Below, piece by piece: positions 55,504 through 64,000 of a DNA stretch of 64,000 bases. The DNA comes from Felis catus (Eukaryota). The position numbers were made by a program, and so were the translations under genes. Under the pieces are notes generated by a model. That model worked only from the letters and a program-made list of their open reading frames with translations. It was not told the origin of the DNA and did no database searches. The stretch covers positions 23,686,001-23,750,000 of the forward strand of contig NC_058369.1 of NCBI RefSeq assembly GCF_018350175.1, in the 5' to 3' direction. The number at the start of each line of letters is the position of its first letter. The first letter of the stretch is position 1.

Positions 55504-56167
55504 GGCGAGGGGGAGGGGACGTGGCTGCGGGGAGGAAGTCGCCACTAGAGCGAGGGCAGCCGAGGAATCCGAGCGGAGCGGCCGGGTTAAGCCTGGGGGG
55601 ACGATCCGGCGCAGAGCTTCGGGCTCCTCCTGGGCGCGTCCGGCAGGCGCAGGAAATCACAGGCGAAGCAGTCACTGGCGCCCAAGTCTGGGGGCCCGAG
55701 CCGGAGCAGCGCCGAGATGCGCCAGGGAACCGAGGGGGCGCCGAAGCCCGTCGGCCGGTAGCAAAGGCAAAGCCGGGCCGGCGCGCAACAAGGGAGCCGC
55801 GGGTCCGGCGAGGGCGTGCAGGCGACTGTTCCGCGGCGAGGCGCTCCCTCTCCAACGTCCATCAGCGACGGCGGTAATTAGGGCTTTCCAACCCCAAATG
55901 TGGGCGTGATTGTGCAAAAGACTTTACAACAAATAATAAAAAAAAAAAATTCTTCACAAGAGGGTGAAAAAAAAATGCCCCCACTACTCAACTCTGGCCC
56001 GAGGCGGGGGCGGGGGCGATCCGCGCGCCCAGGTGCCCCCAGTTCATTCACACCACGGATTCTGCAAACTCCTGGCGGCTCACGCCTCCCGATCTCCAGC
56101 TCCTCCTCTCCAAGTCTGTGGCCGAAACGTCTGCTTCCAGGCGCTGATCCTGCGGCCGCGAGTGAGT
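55504..56167 (-). other. WNT5A: WNT5A exon 1a 5' UTR (5' end approximate)
   Basis: GC-rich sequence contiguous with the ATG. Start placed at actcactcgcggccgcaggatcagcg by recalled similarity to the human long-isoform mRNA 5' end; the TSS cannot be proven from sequence alone. Confidence 0.65.
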
Positions 56168-56965
56168 GTGTGGACGTCTGTGTACACACACAGACACACA
56201 CCCACACACCCCCACCCCCCCCACACGCACACACTGAATCTTTGGGGCCACAGAACAATCAGGCGCGCAGGGCTTTTTCTCCGGGAGATGCCGCTGAAAA
56301 TGCACAAGTCGCCATCGGAGCTACAAGAGTCAGCGCCAACTTTTGTCCTTTCATTTTACGGTTTGGCAAAAAGGGGGCGCAAAATGGGTAAAAGTCGTCC
56401 CCCGAAAGTTCTGCGCGCGGTGGGATCGGGGGGCGATGGGCGATTGCCCCAGGGGAGATACTGGCTCCCCCCCCCTCCCCACTCCCTTCTTTCTTCGGGT
56501 TAATCCCCGTCTTTTCCCCGCCTTTCCTGGGCGAAGGGCGAAGAGGGGCGAGGGCACCGCGGGCGTGGGGCTGGGGAGGGGCGAGGGCCAGGGGCTCCGC
56601 GGCGGCTGTTCAGTTCTGGCCGCCCCTGGCCGGCGCGGCTGCCCACCTCGTTTGGCGCCGGGGCCCCAGGGGCGGGCGAGCTTGCAAGCGGGCGGCGGGC
56701 GGTCGGGGGCACGGCGCGGCGGCGGCGGCGGCGGGAGGAGCTCGCTCGGCGGCGGCCGCACCGAACCGGACTCTGGGCGGCGGAGGCGGCGCCTTGGAGC
56801 TTGCAGCAGCCTTCCACGCGATCCTGTGCCCCGCAGACTGACTGACCGCAGGGACCGTGTCCCCCCCGCCCCCCCACCCCCTGGCCCTCCTGGCCAACTG
56901 CCTCACGCTCTCTCTCCCTCTCTCCGGACTCCTCTTTCCCCTGCAGTTTTCAGAGGGGGGAAAAA

Positions 56966-56969
<4 letters not shown>

Positions 56970-57002
<33 letters not shown>
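56970..57002. repeat. T33 homopolymer within the promoter A CpG island
   Basis: Direct reading. Confidence 0.95.
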
Positions 57003-57005
<3 letters not shown>

Positions 57006-57839
57006 TTGCAGAACCAAAGGCGGCTGGAAAGAGAGAGGGAAGGGGGGAGAAAAGAAAGAAAAAAAAAAAACTCAACTTCGCCTTTGCGCATGCGTGGTGA
57101 GACCGGCCTATGACAAACTCCGCAGGATTTTAAAGCCGTACCAAGGCTGGGGTGCAGGGGGGGCGGAATACGCTCCCTGATCGAGCCCCCTTCCCTGGGC
57201 TCCCCATCCCCCAGGCATCTGCCGAAAGAGAGAGATTCATTCCGCAGCCGCTGCCTGCCCGCCTCCTGGCCGTCTGCGCTCTTCCAAAGCCTCCGACCCT
57301 TGGGAGGCTGAACCCCAACTTCCCGGTCTGGACCCCTTGGCTCGCCTGTCCCAGGCCGCTCCCACTGGGGCTGCAGGGGGCCTGCTGCCCCGGCACAGAA
57401 CCTCTGGGAGGACCTCCTCCCCATTCTTATCCCTGGGGGAGGGTCCCCTAAGCCCCGGGGCTGGAGACTAGGGTAGACGCACACATCCTGCGTCGCTCCA
57501 GTGTAGTAGATTTGGGCACTGGGGTGTTCGATTGGGCCTCTGGCTGAGACCCAGGGCACCCAGACGCGGGGTGTAGTGCTGCCTGGTGAATCTAGGTGGG
57601 TGCCCTCAGGTGAGAAGCCGCCGAAGTTCCGCAAAACAGAGTTCCAAGCACTGGAGCTTCTAGACACTTGCAGACACCTGTGGGTGTCCCCCCCCCCACC
57701 CCGGACAGGGTTGATGGATGTGTGCCCCCCATGTCCAGCATGCCAGGAGCGCCACCACCAAACCATGCCTCACAGTGGAGCACAATTCTTATTCTGAGTC
57801 CTCCCCATCCTCTAGACACCCGAGGAGGTAGAAGATACA

Positions 57840-57840
<1 letters not shown>

Positions 57841-57893
<53 letters not shown>
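57841..57893. repeat. (CA)n microsatellite upstream of WNT5A
   Basis: Direct reading. Confidence 0.95.
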
Positions 57894-57896
<3 letters not shown>

Positions 57897-60800
57897 TTCA
57901 ATTTCTGACAACCAGCAGCATGCACTTGACCTTAAAGCAAAAACTCCATAGCCTGGGTACTTCTGGGTGGTGACTGTTTTGTTTCTTCCATCCCCCATTC
58001 CCACCCTTGGCTGACCACCCCAGGTCGCGCTGGGAGAGGGTCCAGAGACGCTGTCCCACCCTTCCTGGTCCCTTCCTGAACCTTACTCCTCTCAGCTGAT
58101 GGGACTCCTTCCCAGGGCTGGCCTCCTTTTGTTAGGCAGCAAAATGGCAGTATGGGCTTCCCACAAACTGAAAGAGATGCCCTCTCTCCCTCTGGGCTTG
58201 CTTTCTTTAGCCAAGGGTGCAGGAAGCCTTGAGGAGGGGGAGCCCAAGGTCATCAAAACTCCTCTTGAGACACCTCCCATTCATCTCCTGGGTCCCCTTT
58301 CCCCTCACCTTTAGGCCTTGACCACATAACAATGACCTATGGGTGGTTTCCAGTTTTCCATCTGTTCTGAGATGTGCCAGTTCCAGGGGAGAGTCTAAAC
58401 AAGAGGGATCTGTGCCTGGAAAACCTCCCCTGGGCAGCTCCCCTCCCCATTTCCCCCTCTCCTTTCTGGGTTTTAACCAGTAACTGCAGTTTGGGAGTCT
58501 CCTGGCCAAAGGAGGCAGGCAACCCAGCCATGCCCAGAGGCACCAGTTCAGCGACCCAGTTCACATGTGGAGGCACTGGGAAGTGGCAGGAAGTGACTTG
58601 TTGAAGAAGGAAGCTCTCCTGGGGTGCTGAAGCCACTCCATGCCTGAGTGTCCCTGAGTCCACATAGATGAACTTACTGCTACAAGAGAAAGGCTACTAA
58701 CTTGTTCTACCCCTACAGCCTGTCCAGAAACTCTGGCTATCTAACACAGACCTTTTTCTAAAATTTGCTATATTCTCAATTATCTGGATTATTGCCTGCT
58801 TTTCTCCAGTTGCCTTTGCTTGTGTAGACACAGCCCCAGTAGTTTTCACTGCCTGCTTTGCTGTCTTTCCTCTAGAGGACAGTAGTGTTAGGCAGTGGTT
58901 GAGTGCAGACTCTGAAGTTGCAACCCTCCTAGGCTACTTTCTAGCTGTCAAGTCTCACACAAACTATTTAGCCTTTCAGTGCCTCAAAATCCCCTTAAAC
59001 ACACATATAAACACACAAACAAAACACAGAGAAATATAAGGACCTGTGGCAGGGGTGCAGTGAAAAGGAAATGGATGACCTTGAAAATCAGGGACATGAC
59101 AAGAATGAACGGTGAGGGTCATGGAGTACCCCGCCCGCATGGGTCACTTACCAGACGCTCCATACCTGCTCTTCAGAAAGCAGAACTGGACCTCATGTGA
59201 CAAGACCGTTTATAATCTTGATTTATTCCAGTTACAGTGATTGGCCACACTTTTCACTGAAGAAATGGGAACAGCATTGTGTTATTGGGTACTTCCCCAG
59301 ATTTCACTGGGGCCTTCCGCAAATTAAATAATTATATGCCCCCATTTTATCATTCAAAAAAATTCCAAAATTTTCTGACACACCGATCTGGCCCCAAGAC
59401 TTCAGATACAGGATTGTGAGTTTCATCTGAAGATACTAATGATGTGTGTGCTGAGACTACACCCCACAAGGGTGCTGGAAGCTCTGTAACAGTATCTTCC
59501 ATGGCTAGAACGGTGGTGCTCAGAACAGTGCCTGGCACCTAGTAGGTGCCCAAAAATATTTGTTGAATGACCAAACGAATGCATGAATGGATAAAAGTGT
59601 TATTTCCAGAGAACGATGTCAAAGGGAACCAACTGGAAATCCATTTTAAGCCTTCAGTCCACAGGGTGCTTCTCTGGAAAACCAGGCTCGGTTCTAAGAG
59701 CCAGTCCATTTCTGGGTGTTGGTGGACTTGCCTAGGGGGTGAGCAGACGGTTGAAAGAAGGGAAACCAATGCCTCTCCATCCCCACCTTCAAAGGTTCTT
59801 GTTCAATCCACCTCCAATTTGTGGAACTCCCTGTTTCCCCTTGCAAACCCCATGTGCATTTGGGTGTGCGCACTCAGATTGAGTCATCTGCAGGCACAAT
59901 AGCAAGGAATCACCATGCTCCACTCATTAAAAATGCTTTTGAGTCTGTGGAACAAATAAATCAATAGTTTTGGCTGCTCTCCCAACAGGGTTATTTCACC
60001 AAAACGGAGCGCAAGATAAGGAATTTACGAACGATCGCATCCCCTGTGCTGCCTTCCCCAGAGTGGGAGAAAGCAGCGCCTGGGTTGTCATTCTGGGAAA
60101 ATCGACCCCCCTTTTATGCCCAGCAAATAATATTTTATGGCCCTGGGTTTATGGTGGTGTTTTAATGATCCACTGTAGAAAGGGGTTTTCTCTCCAGTCA
60201 CTAGAATTTGTTAAGAAGGGCTGGAGGCCATAAAAGAGGGGTGGGCCCCAGGGACAAACAGACTCCATCTTCTGAAATAAACTAATAAAGCACCCCAAGA
60301 TGTTTACTCCTTTGCCTCAGAGTCAAGACCAGCCGGGCTGCCTGCGAGGGGCCCACAGATGGAGCACTAAACAGAACAAAGAGGCCGGAAGGGGGTCGGG
60401 GCTTCCTCACCACCACATGGCCACAGTCAAAGTAATACCGTCGCATTGTGATGCCACCAGCCCCTGGGCTGTGGAGGACAGGGACCGCCTTGAGGTTGGA
60501 GGACAGTTTTGGACACAGGCCTGAGACTCAAGCTCTCCTTGTACTGTGTTCCCCTCACTGAGAGCCCTCTTTATTTTTATCATCAATGGTGCTTTACAGG
60601 AGGGCGGTGGGAGGAAGGGGGGTCTGAATGGATACTTTCGGCTTTTTTTTTCTTTTAATTTTAAGGGGCATCAGGGCCAAACAAACCTGAGTCTGAATCC
60701 CAGCTCTGCCTCTCGCTGACTGAGTAGTCACTTCCCCTTCTGCGCCTCAATTTCCTCCCCTGTAGAATGGGATATATTAGAGATGTTCTAACAATTGATG

Positions 60801-61734
60801 TTCCAAAGGCCCCTGTAGATACCTGTTGTGATTATTTCAACACTAGGAATGTCTGTCCCGGGGGCCCTGGGTAAAATCCGGAGACAAAAAAGTTGCCTCA
60901 GGAGGGGTGGGGGAGGGGTCCAGGAAAAGAGGAGAAATGTGAGAGGCAGTTATGGGATTATCTGCAGTGTCTGCATGGTAGAATCCAATAAGTATGAGGC
61001 TGATAAGATAATAATGACTAATGAATAATGGTAACAATTGCTGGGGACATTGTTTGAGCTCTTACTATGCACCAGATGCCGCCTGTTTGAGCTCTTTATA
61101 TTCATTGATGTGTTTTATCCTTATTACTTCATGAGATAAATCCTATTATTATCTGCATGATATGGAGAAAAGGAAAGGTTTAAAGAGGTCACAATTTCTA
61201 TAAACTCAAGCTGTTTTAGTGTCCAAAGCCCAGGGTATGAACCCTGGCAATCTGACTCTAAATAACAGAGACTTAACGACCACACTTCATCTACCTATAG
61301 AGACAAAACTCGTTTTTAAAAGGCGTCTTCCTGGTTCCCCAAGTGTGCCCACACTTTCTCCTTGGGCCTCTCCCATATAAAGCTTACTTACAGTGGAAAG
61401 AGTCTCTCCTGAAAGCTGCTGATTCACTCCCATAAGCACTAAACATGAATACCGGCAGAATCAGCCACACCAACCGGCCTGTGGAAGATTTGTCCTTTCT
61501 TCGTTAATCAGCTTACTATGAAGTCCTGACTTTCCGCCCTCATTCTACCACTACCATCAGGAACCACAGCCTCCATACTGGGCAATCCGCCTTAAATTCT
61601 GACCTCATGTGGAGCAGCGTCCCGTGAATTCCCCCATTATCTGGAACGAGTTTGGTCTGGTGTTCCTCCTGTGTTATCCCTGAAGCATGGGTGAGGACGT
61701 GAGGTCTCTTTCACCAGGGCAGCTCAGAGTATAT

Positions 61735-62158
61735 CATTCCCCTGTTTAAAGTCCTTCAAGGACTCGCCAGTTTATCGGATAAAGTCAAAACCAGTCCCCA
61801 CCTGCCTGCAAGGCTCATCAGAATGCATCTTCTGCATTTGCTGTTCCCTCTGCCTGAAAAGCTGTTCCTCTGATCTGGGTACTTCACACTATTCAGGTCG
61901 CCACCTCAGCGTGCATATTAACTTAACGTAGCCCCTGCTCCCCCTGCCGATGATCCTCTGTATGATTTTCTTCTTTCATCCTGACCTAAAATTCTCTGAC
62001 TTCTTTTGCATGCATGTTTATTTATTTTCTGTCTCCCCTCACTAGAACGTCAGCTCCAGGAGAGCAGGGATCTTGTCTGTCTTGTTCAAACCTATAACCT
62101 CTAGTAACTGGCACAGAGAAAGTGCTCAGAATAAATGAATAAATGAATGAATGAATGA
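61735..62158 (+). mobile_element. LINE-2 3' end
   Basis: tttgctgttccctctgcctg...tgtctcccctcactagaacgtcagctccaggagagcaggga...(TGAA)n tail. Confidence 0.75.
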
Positions 62159-63144
62159 TCATACCCATAGCCCTATAACTGCTAAGCAAGAGCTTGAACC
62201 CTGGTAATCTGACTCTAAATAGCAGGGGCTTAACCACCATAATTTATTTACCTATAAAGAAAGGAAAACTGTTTTTTGAAAGGTGTCCTAGTTCCCTAAA
62301 TGTGCCCACACTTTTTCCTCTGGCCTCCTCCACACAAGGCTTACCTTAAGTGGAAGGAGTCTGATAAGAGAAATAGTTTTCCTCTGAAGAAAGACAGTAT
62401 TCTATTACTCTCCCTTCTTGTCATACTGTTTCTTTTGAAAAGTTTTCTCTTAACTGGCATTTTCTCATAAAAGACAGCTGAGATGCTCAATCTTGTTATC
62501 CATCCTGTGTTCTATGTGGGCCAGTGGGCATCTAGATACTGGGTTTAGAAGGCACATTAACCATTTCTGGGGGGACACAAGTCCATTTAGTAACATAGAA
62601 AGAAGTTGACTTTCTCATCTGAGAGATAGGAGAAAATGCTGGAATTTTTATTTTGCCTTATTTTATTTTTTTATTGTCCACAATTTTCAATATTACGTGC
62701 CTAAATCTGTGTGTTGGGATTTGGAAATCTGATTTAGTAGTTTCATTATTACTTTTGCTCCCAAACAACGCATTATCCAGCCACACTCCTGGGTATAAGC
62801 TCTTCAGCCAAGTTCCTTTCTCTGGAAGAGGAATCTAGAGAAGTATAATATTTTTCAAATTTCTCGGACTTAGACATGCTGTGAAGCTGACTGGCAGAAA
62901 AATAAAATCTCATTAGACAGCATCTAGATAACGAGCAGATTTGGTTCTAACTAGGGTCTAATATAGATCAAACCTATCCTTTCTAGATAAGAAGCAATGA
63001 AGAGTCTTTTTTTTTTTTTTAAGAGTCTTCCTTTCATGACCACCTACTAGGAGGGCACATTTGGATGAGTGTTAAAATAAATTTTTCCCAAAGAAGAAAA
63101 GTATATCAGGGCATCTCAAAACTACTTAAGAATATGAAAATCTA

Positions 63145-63292
63145 GGGGCACCTGTGTAGCTCATTCGGTTAAGGGTTCAACTCCAGCTCAGGTCATGATC
63201 TTGTGTTTTGTGAATTCAAGCCCTGCGTCAGGCTCTGTGCTGACATCTCAGAACCTGGACCCTGCTTCAGATTCTGTGTCTTCCTCTCTCTC

Positions 63293-63334
<42 letters not shown>

Positions 63335-63393
63335 CCTCCCCCACTTGTCCTCTCTCCCTCTCTCTCTCTCTCTCTGTCTCAAAAATAAATAAA
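63145..63393 (+). mobile_element. Can-SINE with expanded (CT)n
   Basis: TSD AAGAATATGAAAATCT 63128-63143 / AAGAATATGAACATCT 63394-63409. Confidence 0.9.
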
Positions 63394-64000
63394 AAGAATA
63401 TGAACATCTTTGTTAATTTCAGCTATGTAATAATTTTTTATATCAAACTAATGATGGAGAAAAATTTTAAGATATACATAATAGCAAAATATCGAAATAA
63501 AAAAAGACAAGAGTTTCACCATTTGGTCAATTACTTGGTCTTCCTGACATCAAGCTGTGCACAAACCATCTAGGAAGCTGAGGGCATTTTTTTACTTTTC
63601 AAGAATGTTCTGACTGATCATAGCACTTACACATCTTACTGAATTTTAACTGGAGCGACTCTAATATGATTTTTTTTCTTCTGTGCAAATATTCTCAACC
63701 TCCTTAAAAGAGACTGAAAATAATTCTAAATAGCCGAATTAAATCCCAAGTCCTTTTAATTTTGTATACTTTGCTGTTATAATCTTCAGTGCTTAATAAA
63801 GTGACACTGTTATGACTTCCCAAATCTGTCTCAATAAATCAGCGAATTTCAGATAAAAGCTTCTTACTCAGTTTAATCCTTAATTCAGTGATCTATAAGT
63901 GTCCATTAAGGTCAAGTGACAATTCATTGACTCTGAAAAACATGAGAAACACTCCCAGGGCATAAAAGATCCCAATGTCGCTGAATGTATTTAAAGTAAG

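Larger units (their letters stand above)
52950..57550. promoter_or_regulatory. CpG island(s) of promoter A / exon 1a / 5' intron 1
   Basis: Dense CpG and GGC runs; GC boxes (ggggcggggg near 56005-56016); NRF1-like TGCGCATGCG at 57085-57094. Confidence 0.85.

Noticed and set aside
49780..57973. Many overlapping 100-290 aa R/G/P/A-rich ORFs
   Set aside because: These are expected in CpG islands; they are low complexity, run through homopolymers and microsatellites, and show no domain.

Overview
Mammalian genomic DNA, almost certainly from a carnivore and probably a felid, judged by the Can-SINE/SINEC_Fc-type tRNA-derived SINEs and feline-type L1 3' ends. The window holds one complete protein-coding gene, WNT5A, on the minus strand. 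Its five coding exons are 55498-55503, 49391-49524, 47915-48165, 43267-43559 and 38564-39022; they total 6+134+251+293+459 = 1143 nt (380 aa + TAG), and all introns are GT-AG. There is an alternative first exon (1b) in intron 1, a ~4.4-kb 3' UTR ending near 34148, and CpG islands over both promoters and over exons 4 and 5. The first ~34 kb is repeat-rich, gene-free downstream sequence, and the last ~6 kb is upstream flank. I found no previously undescribed gene system; nearly all other entries in the ORF track are spurious (GC-rich, repeat-derived or antisense shadows). The most interesting items are regulatory: a splice-created uORF in the short isoform, a dense posterior-HOX/CDX motif cluster upstream, an orphan CpG-rich element with paired K50-homeodomain sites, and other candidate enhancers. 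There are also several small genome-evolution snapshots: a twin-primed L1 inversion, a poly(A)-only insertion and local duplications. Repeat subfamily names and the boundaries of repeats and CpG islands are by-eye estimates.
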